Virus record (IMG/VR): IMGVR_UViG_3300022876_000178
Span: 1 to 37,194 of that record
Source: a virus
Lineage: Duplodnaviria; Caudoviricetes
DNA length: 37,194 nucleotides
Strand: one strand, 5' to 3'
Below are positions 25,049 to 34,380 of the stretch, in pieces; the stretch's first letter is position 1, and each line of letters opens with the position of its first letter. Made by a program: the position numbers and the translations under genes. The notes beneath the pieces are model-generated. The model saw nothing but the letters and a program-made list of their open reading frames with translations. It was not told where the DNA came from and did no database searches.

Positions 25049-25624
25049 ATGAAAAAACTTTTTAAATTTGGTTGTGGTGGTATTATTGGATTATTCATCT
25101 TGTTAGTAATTATTGGGTCATTGCTAGACGATGATAATCAGAGTACGAAGGAGAAAGAAAAGGAACCATCAACAACAATTAACTCCGATTCAAATAAAGA
25201 TGTACAAGATGAAGAGCAAAATGTAAATATTGGTGAAGAATTAAAAGTTGGAAAAGTAGCATTTAAAGTTAATTCTATCGCAGAAGTTAATGAGATAAGC
25301 GCTGCAAATGGTTACATGAAATACACTCCAGATGCAGATGGTGCAGTCTTTTTAAACGTAAATGTTACTGTTAAAAATGATGGTTCAGAGATGATTCAAA
25401 CCGATTCTAGTTTTTTTAAATTAAAAGCTTCAAATGGAGTATCATATACACCGTCAACTATTATAGTCGCTGATGATAAATATTTTGTTTTTGAGGGTAT
25501 AAATCCAGGGCTCGCATTAACAGGAAATATCGTATTTGAAGTTCCAGCAGGTTTAACAGATCTAGATTTACAAGTTCAAACTGGTTATTGGGGAACAGAA
25601 ACAGGACTAATAAATTTAAATTAA
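25049..25624 (+). CDS. Moron: membrane-anchored DUF4352-domain protein
   Basis: N-terminal TM; FLNVNVTVKNDG...FFKLK...INPGLALTGNIVFEVP. Confidence 0.85.
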   Translation: MKKLFKFGCGGIIGLFILLVIIGSLLDDDNQSTKEKEKEPSTTINSDSNKDVQDEEQNVNIGEELKVGKVAFKVNSIAEVNEISAANGYMKYTPDADGAVFLNVNVTVKNDGSEMIQTDSSFFKLKASNGVSYTPSTIIVADDKYFVFEGINPGLALTGNIVFEVPAGLTDLDLQVQTGYWGTETGLINLN

Positions 25625-25631
25625 TTTGTGG

Positions 25632-25657
25632 AGTCACTCATTTTGAGTGGCTTTTTA
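25632..25657 (+). terminator. Intrinsic terminator after the moron
   Basis: AGTCACTCA-ttt-TGAGTGGCT followed by a T-run. Confidence 0.75.
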
Positions 25658-25681
25658 TTATGCCAAAAAAGAGGTGAATTC

Positions 25682-27946
25682 ATGGCAACAATTCGTACCG
25701 CAATACAAATTGAAGATCGTTTGAGTCAACCCATCAGGGCTATGCATAATGCCATTTCAATGATGGTAAATCAAATGGAGCATATGAATGTGGCTTCTGG
25801 AAATATGTTTGATACTTCTACAATTGCGTTGATGCGTCGAGAGTTAGGTAACGCAGCGAACTCCATGAATCAAATAGAAGAAGAAATTCATGCTGCTAAT
25901 AACGCGCAAATAGGGTTAAATAACCGTATTCGTGATGGTACAGATGCGATGAATGGTTTACTTGGTAAAGTGATGGGGTTAATTGGTGCTTACTTATCTT
26001 TGCAAGGTTTGAGTAAAGTAATTGAGATTTCTGATGAGTTAACCAATACCAAAGCACGTGTACAACTACTAGTTGAAGATATGCCTGTAATCCCTGATCA
26101 GTTAGCTAAAGTTGATTTTGGACTAGGTGATATGAGTGACATTGACCTTGCGCAACAGATGATTCATGACGCTGCTCAACGCTCTTATTCATCATTTAAA
26201 GATACTGCTGACATGGTTTCGAGAATTGGTACTAATGCTCGTGATTCATTCAGCAACTTGGGTGAGGTAGTAGCATTTACTGAGCTTGTACAAAAACAAT
26301 TCGGTATTGCAGGGGCAAGTGCTGTTGAAGCGAGTAATGCAACTATTCAGTTATCACAAGCTTTAGCCAGCGGTGTGCTACGTGGTGACGAGCTCAACTC
26401 AATTTTTGAACAAGCACCAAACTTAATATCTACTATCGCAGACTACATGGGTGAACCTTTGGGGGCGATACGTGATTTAGCGGCTGATGGAATGATAACA
26501 GCTGACATCGTAAAAAATGCAATGTTTGCGGCTACGGATGAAATCAATAAAAAATTTGATAGCATGCCAGTAACATGGTCACAAATGTGGACTTATTTTC
26601 AAAACGAAGCTTTACGTGCGTTTGGTCCAGTCTTAAAACAAATAAATGACATTGCTAATAGTGATCGTTTCAAAAAATTTGTTACTGGCGCAACACAATC
26701 TTTATATTCCGTTGCAAGTGTTGCGGGGCAAGTTTTACAGACGATTTCAAATGTAGGAGCTTTTATTTATGATAACTGGCATCGAGCTGAGGCAGCCATT
26801 GTAGCAGGTACGATTGCATTGGGAGCTTATGCAATAGCAATTGCATGGACAAACAGAGAGATTGCTATTAACTTATTCATGACCGCAACTGCAGCAATAC
26901 GTAATTTGTGGTATGTTACAACAACTGTTTTAGCGACTTGGGCAACCTACGGATTTACAGCAGCTATGGCAGCTTTAAGCATTGCAATAGCTGCTAATCC
27001 AATCGGATGGCTGATTGGAGCTATAGTAGTTTTAATAATAACGTTCTATTTAGCTATCGCAGTAATAAACCATTTTACAGGATCTTCTATCAGCGCCACA
27101 GGAATAATTGCTGGAGCGTTTATGGTGTTAGGGGCTGTAATTTATAATGTCATAGCTTATATCTGGAACATGTGGGCTTCTTACGTTGAATTCTTTGTAA
27201 ATGCCAAACAACATGGAGTTTATGCAGTAAAGCGATTGTTAGGTAATTTAGCGAATAATGCGATTGACATGGCAACAAGTATGATTGGCAGTTTTGACAG
27301 TGCAGCTACGAATCTTGCGAATATGTTCATCAGTGGAGCTAATATGGCTATTAAGGCGATTAATTGGGTGATAGTTGCCCTTAACAAAATACCTGGTATC
27401 GACATTGGTAAAATAGGTCAGGTCGAGGCACGTACGTCAGTAGTTGCTGATTACTCTAAACTGAAGAAAAATATAAATGCATGGGTTGGCGATACACCCG
27501 AAGGTTATTGGGAAGCACCCAAAATGGAAATGAAGAATTTAGACGATGCTTGGGACACGGGTAAAAATTGGGGTGCTAATCTATTTAATTTCAACAAAGA
27601 TAAAACAGGCCCTAATACCGAAGCCCTTATGAAGTCTATTAACGATTCCCTTGGTTTAGGGGACAAACTTGATAAAGGCAATGAGGCAGGTAAGAAAACA
27701 GCTGACAATACGAAGAAGGCAGCTGATGGTATTAAAATGATGAATGAGGATTTAAAATACCTTCGTGACATTGCTGAACGTGAAGCAATCAATCGATATA
27801 CAACAGCCGAAATCAAAGTCGATATGAAAAACGAAAACCACATTAACAGCGATCTGGACATTGATGGAGTTTTCGATAAATTTGGTGAACGTGTAGAGGA
27901 AGTTGCTGAAATGCTAGCAGAAGGAGGGCCAACAGAAGATGTATAA
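25682..27946 (+). CDS. Tape measure protein
   Basis: QLSQALASGVLRGDELNSIFEQAP; ANPIGW; YLRDIAEREAINRYTTAE. Start moved to ATG 25682 after GAGGTG. Confidence 0.95.
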   Translation: MATIRTAIQIEDRLSQPIRAMHNAISMMVNQMEHMNVASGNMFDTSTIALMRRELGNAANSMNQIEEEIHAANNAQIGLNNRIRDGTDAMNGLLGKVMGLIGAYLSLQGLSKVIEISDELTNTKARVQLLVEDMPVIPDQLAKVDFGLGDMSDIDLAQQMIHDAAQRSYSSFKDTADMVSRIGTNARDSFSNLGEVVAFTELVQKQFGIAGASAVEASNATIQLSQALASGVLRGDELNSIFEQAPNLISTIADYMGEPLGAIRDLAADGMITADIVKNAMFAATDEINKKFDSMPVTWSQMWTYFQNEALRAFGPVLKQINDIANSDRFKKFVTGATQSLYSVASVAGQVLQTISNVGAFIYDNWHRAEAAIVAGTIALGAYAIAIAWTNREIAINLFMTATAAIRNLWYVTTTVLATWATYGFTAAMAALSIAIAANPIGWLIGAIVVLIITFYLAIAVINHFTGSSISATGIIAGAFMVLGAVIYNVIAYIWNMWASYVEFFVNAKQHGVYAVKRLLGNLANNAIDMATSMIGSFDSAATNLANMFISGANMAIKAINWVIVALNKIPGIDIGKIGQVEARTSVVADYSKLKKNINAWVGDTPEGYWEAPKMEMKNLDDAWDTGKNWGANLFNFNKDKTGPNTEALMKSINDSLGLGDKLDKGNEAGKKTADNTKKAADGIKMMNEDLKYLRDIAEREAINRYTTAEIKVDMKNENHINSDLDIDGVFDKFGERVEEVAEMLAEGGPTEDV

Positions 27947-28622
27947 CTTTTTTGTAGATGGTGTACAGTTTCCTGTTGCGCCTGCTGAATTGTCTACGAA
28001 GATTAATGGTAGAAACGAAACCATCGTATTGATGAACGAAGGCGAAGTCAACATAATAAAGAAAACTGGACTAACGGATATTGAGTTTGAGGTATTACTC
28101 CCAAACGTCAAATATCCGTTTTCTGTTTATCCGAACGGTTTTCAGCCAGCTACCTTTTATCTTGAAAAATTAGAAAAATTGAAGGTTGATGACAAACCAT
28201 TTCAGTTTATTGTCAATCGTATGATGCCGAATGGCAATCTGCTTTTTGACACTAATATGACTGTATCAATAGAAGAGTATGAAATAATAGAATCTGCTGA
28301 AAACGGTTTTGACGTCAATGTACGAATCAAATTAAAACAGTACAAAGCTTATGGAAATAAAAAGATCAATTTGAAAGCTACTACAAAAGCCAGTAATAAA
28401 ACGAATACTACAAAGACTGCAACTAAAGCTGTAGTAGAGCAAAAACGGCCAACAACAGGTAAGACGACACCAAAAACTCATACCGTAAAAGATGGAGAAA
28501 CACTATGGGCCATTGCCAAGAAGTATTTAGGTGATGGCTCGAAGTATACCGAGCTAGCAAAAATCAATAACATCAGTAATCCAAGCGTCATTAAAGCAGG
28601 GCAGGTGATCAAACTTGGCTAA
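27939..28622 (+). CDS. xkdP: LysM-domain tail tube initiator
   Basis: C-terminal LysM HTVKDGETLWAIAKKYLGDG...IKAGQVIKL. Confidence 0.92.
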   Translation: MYNFFVDGVQFPVAPAELSTKINGRNETIVLMNEGEVNIIKKTGLTDIEFEVLLPNVKYPFSVYPNGFQPATFYLEKLEKLKVDDKPFQFIVNRMMPNGNLLFDTNMTVSIEEYEIIESAENGFDVNVRIKLKQYKAYGNKKINLKATTKASNKTNTTKTATKAVVEQKRPTTGKTTPKTHTVKDGETLWAIAKKYLGDGSKYTELAKINNISNPSVIKAGQVIKLG

Positions 28623-29577
28623 ATCAAAACTATATATCATGAGTAGAGGGCAACTATACGAATGTGCTGTAGAGGAAGGGATTGAGTGGGAAACACATCG
28701 AAAAGGCACACCAGGTAAGTTGACATTCAAAGTAGTTAAGGATGAAGTACTTAACTTCCATGAAGGTGACGCAGTACGCTTTGAATATGACGGCCATAAG
28801 ATATTTTACGGTTTTGTCTTTACCAAGAAGCGTACAAATAACAGAGTTATCACAGTTACTTGTTACGATCAGCTGCGCTACTTTAAAAATAAAGACACTT
28901 ATGTATATTCCAAAAAAACGGCTGCTCAAGTACTTCAAATGATAGCCAAAGACTTTAGATTAAAGACAGGCACTGTAGATAATACAAAGCATGTTATTCC
29001 TTCAATGATTGAGGATAATCAAGAACTGTTCACGATCATGGCTAATGCTTTAGCTGAAACGACTCTACACACTAAAAGTTTATATGTTCTTTATGATGAC
29101 TTTGGAGCTTTGAATTTACGTGAAGCCAGAACACTTAAAACGGACTTACTGATTGATGAGAGCACAGGGGAGTCATTTGAGTACACGACATCCATAGACG
29201 AAAATACGTACAATAAAATTAAGCTGATACGTGAAGATAAGAAGAAAGGTAAACGTGAAATTTACATCGCTCAAGATAGTAGCAAAATCAACGAATGGGG
29301 CGTATTGCAACTTACTGAAAAGCTAGGTGAAAAGGATAACGCTAAAGCAAAGGCAGATGGTATGTTACAGCTTTATAATCGCAAATCACGTAAGCTCCAC
29401 ATTAATAAAGTGTTTGGCAATCCAATTGTACGTGGTGGCAGTCAGGTAGCTGTCCAATTGTATGTTGGTGATTTGACTGTAGCAAATTTCATGATGGTTG
29501 AATCAGTAAAGCATGTTTTCAAAGAGAGTGATCACAGAATGGATTTGAAGTTAATAGGCGGTGATTTCATTGCGTAG
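28615..29577 (+). CDS. xkdQ: Baseplate hub protein
   Basis: RKGTPGKLTFKV; CYDQLRYFKNKD; INEWGVLQ. Confidence 0.9.
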   Translation: MAKSKLYIMSRGQLYECAVEEGIEWETHRKGTPGKLTFKVVKDEVLNFHEGDAVRFEYDGHKIFYGFVFTKKRTNNRVITVTCYDQLRYFKNKDTYVYSKKTAAQVLQMIAKDFRLKTGTVDNTKHVIPSMIEDNQELFTIMANALAETTLHTKSLYVLYDDFGALNLREARTLKTDLLIDESTGESFEYTTSIDENTYNKIKLIREDKKKGKREIYIAQDSSKINEWGVLQLTEKLGEKDNAKAKADGMLQLYNRKSRKLHINKVFGNPIVRGGSQVAVQLYVGDLTVANFMMVESVKHVFKESDHRMDLKLIGGDFIA

Positions 29578-29959
29578 CATGGAGGACATTCTAAAGGAGA
29601 TTCAGAAACTAGTCCTTGGAGTCATCAATGCTCAAAAGCTCTCTACGGTTGTTTATGGCACCGTGTTAAGCGTAAGTCCATTGGAGATTCAAGTTGACCA
29701 AAAACTTACTTTAAAAGAGGAACAACTAAAGCTTACTCGTACTGTGATGGATTATGAAGTCGACATGACAGTGGACCATAAAACTGAGAATCGTTCAGGA
29801 GGTGCTGGTGAATCTGCTTTTGCATCTCATAATCACGATTACAAAGGGCGAAAGAAATTCTTAATTCATAATGGACTAATTGAAGGTGATAAGGTGACTA
29901 TGATTCGTGCTCATGGTGGTCAACAATTTTTAATCATAGACAAAGAGGTGGTTGGATGA
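29561..29959 (+). CDS. xkdR: Baseplate spike (DUF2577)
   Basis: YGTVLSVSPLEI; SHNH; GLIEGDKV...GGQQF. Confidence 0.88.
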   Translation: MISLRSMEDILKEIQKLVLGVINAQKLSTVVYGTVLSVSPLEIQVDQKLTLKEEQLKLTRTVMDYEVDMTVDHKTENRSGGAGESAFASHNHDYKGRKKFLIHNGLIEGDKVTMIRAHGGQQFLIIDKEVVG

Positions 29960-30366
29960 TTCCACAAAATAACTTTGAAGAAGAAATAACAGCTGATTTT
30001 GAAGAGGTCACTCAACCATCTCGTACTTACAAATTAGACTTGGAACGAAAGCGCATCGTTGGGTATGCAGATGGACGAGAAGCCATTGAGCAGGCTATAT
30101 ATAAAGCATTAAGTACAGAGCGATATGAACATTTAATTTACACATGGAACTATGGAGCCGAAATAGCAAAATTGTTTGGTCAACCTATTCCTTATGTATA
30201 CAGTGAATTAAAAAGACTTATAACCGAAGCGTTAACACACGATGATCGTATCGAAAGTGTTGATGCTTTTTCTTTTAGTCATGTAAAAAATAAAGTGCAT
30301 GTGCAATTTATAGCTCATACAATAGCAGGTGAAATTGAAATTACAAAAGAGGTGGTGGTTTCTTAA
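29956..30366 (+). CDS. xkdS: Baseplate gp25-like protein (DUF2634)
   Basis: EAIEQAIYKALSTERY...NYG; ITEALTHDDRI. Confidence 0.9.
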   Translation: MIPQNNFEEEITADFEEVTQPSRTYKLDLERKRIVGYADGREAIEQAIYKALSTERYEHLIYTWNYGAEIAKLFGQPIPYVYSELKRLITEALTHDDRIESVDAFSFSHVKNKVHVQFIAHTIAGEIEITKEVVVS

Positions 30367-31424
30367 TGTTTGAGCATCAAAGCTTTGAAGTGATTGTTGA
30401 ACGTATGTTAGAGCGAATCAGTAATGATGTAGACAAACGCGAAGGTGCCATTATCTATGATACAGGAGCAATGACAGCGAAAGAACTTCAAGAGATGTAT
30501 ATTGCGTTAGACAGTATTATCTTAGAGACATTTCCTGAAACAGCATCGCGTCCAAATTTAATAAGACGAGCAGAAGAATACGGTGTCTACCCTTATGAAG
30601 CAACCAAAGCCATATTAAAAGGTGTTTTCAGCAAAGATATTCCTATTGGTTCTCGATTTTCTCTTGGAGAGTTAGATTATGTAGCCATCCAACGAATTGC
30701 TCCAGGTGTTTATGAAATGCAGTGTGAAACTACAGGTGTTATTGGTAATACACAGTTCGGTTCCTTAATTCCAATTGAATACATTGATGGTCTTGAGACA
30801 GCAGAAATAACAGAGCTACTCATTCCTGGTGAGGATGAAGAACCTACGGAGGATTTCCGTAGACGTTTTTTTCTCACTCGTAAGCAAATACCGTATGGTG
30901 GCAATCGAGATGATTATATTCAAAAAGTTATGAGCATTCATGGTGTTGGAGGCGTTAAGCCATATCGTACTCCAACAGGTGGAGGAACAGTTGGGATAAC
31001 CATTATTGATTCTGATTTTAACCCTCCAACAGCATCATTAATTGATGAGGTACAAACTATATTAGACCCTGTTGTGAATAGTGGTGAAGGGTTAGGCGTT
31101 GCTCCGTACGGCCATCGGGTAACAGTGAGTGGCATTGAAACTGTCACTATTAATATTTACTTAAAATTAGTCATTTCAAATGTTACGTTAGGGCAGCTAC
31201 AGAGTGAAGTGGAAGAGACGATTAATGATTATTTCTTTTCACTCAGAAAAGACTGGCAAAACACCAACTTCATAATTATTAGGCAACTGCAAATTGAATC
31301 AAGGTTACTAGATATCGTTGGAATCAGCGATGTACTAGAATCAACGATTAATGGACAAGACAGCAATTTTAATCTAGCTCACAATCAAGTGCCAGTCTTA
31401 GGGACGGTGATTTTAGATGCTTGA
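30366..31424 (+). CDS. xkdT: Baseplate J/gp47 protein
   Basis: DKREGAIIYD; GEDEE; GGNRDDY; GVAPYGHRVTV. Confidence 0.93.
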   Translation: MFEHQSFEVIVERMLERISNDVDKREGAIIYDTGAMTAKELQEMYIALDSIILETFPETASRPNLIRRAEEYGVYPYEATKAILKGVFSKDIPIGSRFSLGELDYVAIQRIAPGVYEMQCETTGVIGNTQFGSLIPIEYIDGLETAEITELLIPGEDEEPTEDFRRRFFLTRKQIPYGGNRDDYIQKVMSIHGVGGVKPYRTPTGGGTVGITIIDSDFNPPTASLIDEVQTILDPVVNSGEGLGVAPYGHRVTVSGIETVTINIYLKLVISNVTLGQLQSEVEETINDYFFSLRKDWQNTNFIIIRQLQIESRLLDIVGISDVLESTINGQDSNFNLAHNQVPVLGTVILDA

Positions 31425-32028
31425 TAATCGAGTCGCACGAAATTTACCAGATATTTATGATGGCATAAAAGAAACAGATGAACTTACAAAGACGGTAGCC
31501 GTTGAATTAGATGAATTGGATAACGCTCGAAAACGAGTAGATGTTGAACAATTTATCATGACAGCTAGTGAAAAATTCATACGATTGCGTGAAAGAGGAT
31601 ATGACATACGTGCTGATCCAACAGCAGAATCATTGGATTTTCGAAGACGTAGAATCATAGCTCGTCAGTCCACAAGGCTGCCTATTACTCAGCGAAAAGT
31701 ACATGAAATATTAACTGAACTAGTTGGCCATTCAAACTTTGAAGAATATTTGGATATAGAAAACTGCACAGCCACGTTTACATTCGAAGCTACTGATACC
31801 ATGTTGAATCGTGAAATTGATCTTACACTAGAACGAATTATTCCACTAAATATGGGTTTAAAAGTAGCAAGGCGTTTATTGACAAAATTATATCTACCAA
31901 GCTACTTAGCTACAGGATCAGAGATTACGCTGCATCCAATGAATATCGGCACAATTGAAACACAAACACGGAGTAATAATTTAGTTGGTGTTAAAACAGC
32001 ATCAACGATCACTATAACACCACTATAG
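31417..32028 (+). CDS. xkdU: Baseplate wedge protein (DUF2313)
   Basis: ESLDFRRRRI; LERIIPLNM. Confidence 0.85.
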   Translation: MLDNRVARNLPDIYDGIKETDELTKTVAVELDELDNARKRVDVEQFIMTASEKFIRLRERGYDIRADPTAESLDFRRRRIIARQSTRLPITQRKVHEILTELVGHSNFEEYLDIENCTATFTFEATDTMLNREIDLTLERIIPLNMGLKVARRLLTKLYLPSYLATGSEITLHPMNIGTIETQTRSNNLVGVKTASTITITPL

Positions 32029-32043
32029 GAAAGGAGCGATATT

Positions 32044-33255
32044 GTGGCTCAATATGGAACAATAATTACAAACATCGGACTTGCTCAAATCGCCAATGCC
32101 CAAATCACACAGACGAAGGTTGGACTAGAGTACATTGCGCTTGGCGATGGAAATGGTGCTCATTATGTACCAAAACAAAACCAAACAGCTTTAGTACACG
32201 AAGTTTGGAGAGGTCCAATTGCTGAACTTTCAAGCGATCCAACTAACAGCAATCGTATTATTATTGATGCTGTGATCCCCGTAACAGCAGGAGGATTTAC
32301 GATTCGTGAGATTGGTATTTTTGACGATAAAAACAACTTAATAGCCGTTGGACAATATCCAGAGAAATATAAACCTCAGTTAAGCGAAGGCGTGTCAGAG
32401 GAGACATTAATTCATTTTGTTATTGAAACCAATAATGCTGATGTCGTAAAACTAACGATTGATCCTACAGTTATTATTGCTTCACGTAATTATGTTGATG
32501 GAAAAGTGGCTCAGGTGCAAACTGCACTTACTGAACATTCGGGACAAATTGCAACTACTGAAAAGTTAGGGCATATCAAGCCTGATGGTACAACTATTAA
32601 AGTAGACCCAATCACAGGTGTAGCATCTGCTTCAGAAGCAGGATATCAATTAACTGAAAGTAATGGGTACGCTAAAGATATTACTGGAATAGACTTGAAT
32701 ACAGTAATCGAGAGTGGCTTTTATAAATCTGTTGACGGTGTTACAGCTAACAATTTCCCGAAAGATTTTATCGGTGGATATAACTTAAGCATCGAAAATA
32801 TTCAGACAGCTAATAATTGGACATATCAAACATTAGTTTCATCTACTTTTGCAGGAACTACTATTTGGAAAAGAGCTAGAGTATCAGGGAATTGGAATAC
32901 TTGGAAGGAAATATTCCCCAACAAAGGGGATAGTGGAAATGTAAATTTAACTCCAGGTACTGGTTGGAAAGTGGATTTACTCACCTCATCATTAAGTTTC
33001 CGAGAGGTAAATGGTATTGTTTTTGTTAAAGCTTATAATATTGTACCTCAAACAGGATATGTAAACGTAATTACTACACTACCATTAGGATACAGACCTC
33101 TTAACAGAACAATTGTTTTTTCATACGACGCTGGCGGCGTGCCTTATCAAGCAAAGATACTAAATACAGGTCAAATTACATTATACTCTGCTCAAAATAC
33201 AACTCTAGTAAACAAGGCTGTAGACTTTGAGTTTTCTTTCAGTATTTTTGAATAA
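32044..33255 (+). CDS. Tail fibre: tail-collar N-terminus plus variable receptor-binding C-terminus
   Basis: IALGDGNG...GGFTIREIGIFD...YKP...ASRNYVD; DLNTVIESGFY...WNTWKEI; TLPLGYRP. Confidence 0.92.
   Translation: MAQYGTIITNIGLAQIANAQITQTKVGLEYIALGDGNGAHYVPKQNQTALVHEVWRGPIAELSSDPTNSNRIIIDAVIPVTAGGFTIREIGIFDDKNNLIAVGQYPEKYKPQLSEGVSEETLIHFVIETNNADVVKLTIDPTVIIASRNYVDGKVAQVQTALTEHSGQIATTEKLGHIKPDGTTIKVDPITGVASASEAGYQLTESNGYAKDITGIDLNTVIESGFYKSVDGVTANNFPKDFIGGYNLSIENIQTANNWTYQTLVSSTFAGTTIWKRARVSGNWNTWKEIFPNKGDSGNVNLTPGTGWKVDLLTSSLSFREVNGIVFVKAYNIVPQTGYVNVITTLPLGYRPLNRTIVFSYDAGGVPYQAKILNTGQITLYSAQNTTLVNKAVDFEFSFSIFE
32527..32550 (+). repeat. Left copy of the inverted repeat bracketing the fibre tip module
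   Basis: CTTACTGAACATTCGGGACAAATT; 18/24 identical to the reverse complement of 33761-33784. Confidence 0.6.
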
Positions 33256-33277
33256 TTAAAAGGTTGGTGAATTATTA

Positions 33278-33592
33278 ATGGAGGAATCGAGTAATGATAA
33301 GTTAATAGGCTATGCTATTGATGATAATGGCTTCATTATAGACACAGTATTAGTTGGAGGGAATTTCGATTACATTTATTCGAATGTAATAACAGTTCCA
33401 TATAATAGCGAATATCATCGCAATCGTTGGGATGGCGAAAAATGGATTGAAGGCGAAACTGAGGAAGAAAAAACTGAACGTGAATCGCAACAATTACTAG
33501 AGTCATTAAAACCTTCTCCTGACGAAATTGCTGATGCTGAATTAGAAATTAAAATGTTAACCATGCTTACAGATTTGGGGGTTATACAATGA
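33278..33592 (+). CDS. Putative tail fibre assembly chaperone
   Basis: RWDGEKWIEG motif; directly after the fibre gene. Confidence 0.7.
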   Translation: MEESSNDKLIGYAIDDNGFIIDTVLVGGNFDYIYSNVITVPYNSEYHRNRWDGEKWIEGETEEEKTERESQQLLESLKPSPDEIADAELEIKMLTMLTDLGVIQ

Positions 33593-33759
33593 CAGATGTA
33601 CATCTTGAAGGATTGACATTAGTGCAAAAACGTTTGGTAAAAGCTTATGCTACAAGTGTCATGGGTGAAGTAAGAGCTGTTGAAGATGTGAAGCCAGTAG
33701 AGTTACAACCCTATGTAAAATTAGAAATAGCAGAGCGAGAAATAACTGCTCTGACTTGA
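33589..33759 (+). CDS. Small post-fibre protein (CD1375/XkdX-position), 56 aa, not in the ORF track
   Basis: MTDVHLEGLTLVQKRLVKAYATSVMGEVRAVEDVKPVELQPYVKLEIAEREITALT; ATGA overlap. Confidence 0.75.
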   Translation: MTDVHLEGLTLVQKRLVKAYATSVMGEVRAVEDVKPVELQPYVKLEIAEREITALT

Positions 33760-33760
33760 T

Positions 33761-33784
33761 AATCGTTCCATATTGTTCAGTAAG
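33761..33784 (-). repeat. Right copy of the inverted repeat bracketing the fibre tip module
   Basis: Minus strand CTTACTGAACAATATGGAACGATT. Confidence 0.6.
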
Positions 33785-33812
33785 CACTCTCAATTCGAGG
33801 GTGCTTTTATTA
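33782..33812 (+). terminator. Intrinsic terminator before the lysis genes
   Basis: AAGCACTCTC-aattc-GAGGGTGCTT followed by a T-run. Confidence 0.75.
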
Positions 33813-33858
33813 TGCACTATTATTATTTATTCAAAAAAGGAAAAGGTTAGGTGATTGA

Positions 33859-34107
33859 ATGGATATTGTATCCACAGTAACAACAGCAAGTCATATAGCA
33901 AACTCACAAGTTGTATGGTCAATCTTGTGTATTTGCTTAGTCGTATATGTATTTTGGAATTCCAACAAACGCGAAGAACGACTAATGAAAAATTTAGAGA
34001 CGTTGACAGAAGCACAAGGTGAACAAGCAAATGCAATGCGTGAAATCAGCAAAAGCTTAACATCACTTGAAGGACGTATGGACCGTATGGAAAAACACAT
34101 CTTTTAG
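33859..34107 (+). CDS. BhlA/UviB-family holin-like protein
   Basis: One TM, then NKREERL and a coiled coil. Confidence 0.82.
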   Translation: MDIVSTVTTASHIANSQVVWSILCICLVVYVFWNSNKREERLMKNLETLTEAQGEQANAMREISKSLTSLEGRMDRMEKHIF

Positions 34108-34119
34108 GAGGAAATATAA

Positions 34120-34380
34120 ATGAAAATTAACTGGAAAGTACGTTTAAAACACAAGCCGTTTTTGGTTGGAGCATTTGCATTGTTGCTACTAATTATCCAA
34201 CAAATCGGGGCGTTATTCGGCATTGATGCAACAATTTACAACGAGCGAGTTACAGAGTTATTTAACACTGTGCTCGCTTTTTTAGTGCTGATTGGTGTGG
34301 TTGTTGATCCAACTACTCCAGGTACTAATGATAGTGACAGAGCAATGAGTTATGAACGAAAGGGTGATAATAATGACTAA
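34120..34380 (+). CDS. Phage holin (phiLC3 type)
   Basis: MKINWKVRLKHKPF...GVVVDPTTPGTNDS. Confidence 0.92.
   Translation: MKINWKVRLKHKPFLVGAFALLLLIIQQIGALFGIDATIYNERVTELFNTVLAFLVLIGVVVDPTTPGTNDSDRAMSYERKGDNND

Noticed and set aside
25628-25681. Upstream start for the tape measure (likewise 985, 3467 and 10415 for other genes)
   Set aside because: These extensions run through a terminator, an upstream gene or intergenic DNA. Downstream ATGs are better supported by RBS or gene packing.
32050-32060. CAATATGGAAC at the fibre gene start also matches the 33761-33784 site in inverted orientation
   Set aside because: It is probably constrained by the conserved QYGT codons and treated as chance. 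It shows that 11-bp matches alone are weak evidence.
32527-33784. Classical invertible tail-fibre shufflon
   Set aside because: There is no alternative fibre ORF on the minus strand, and the inverted fusion stops after about 41 codons.
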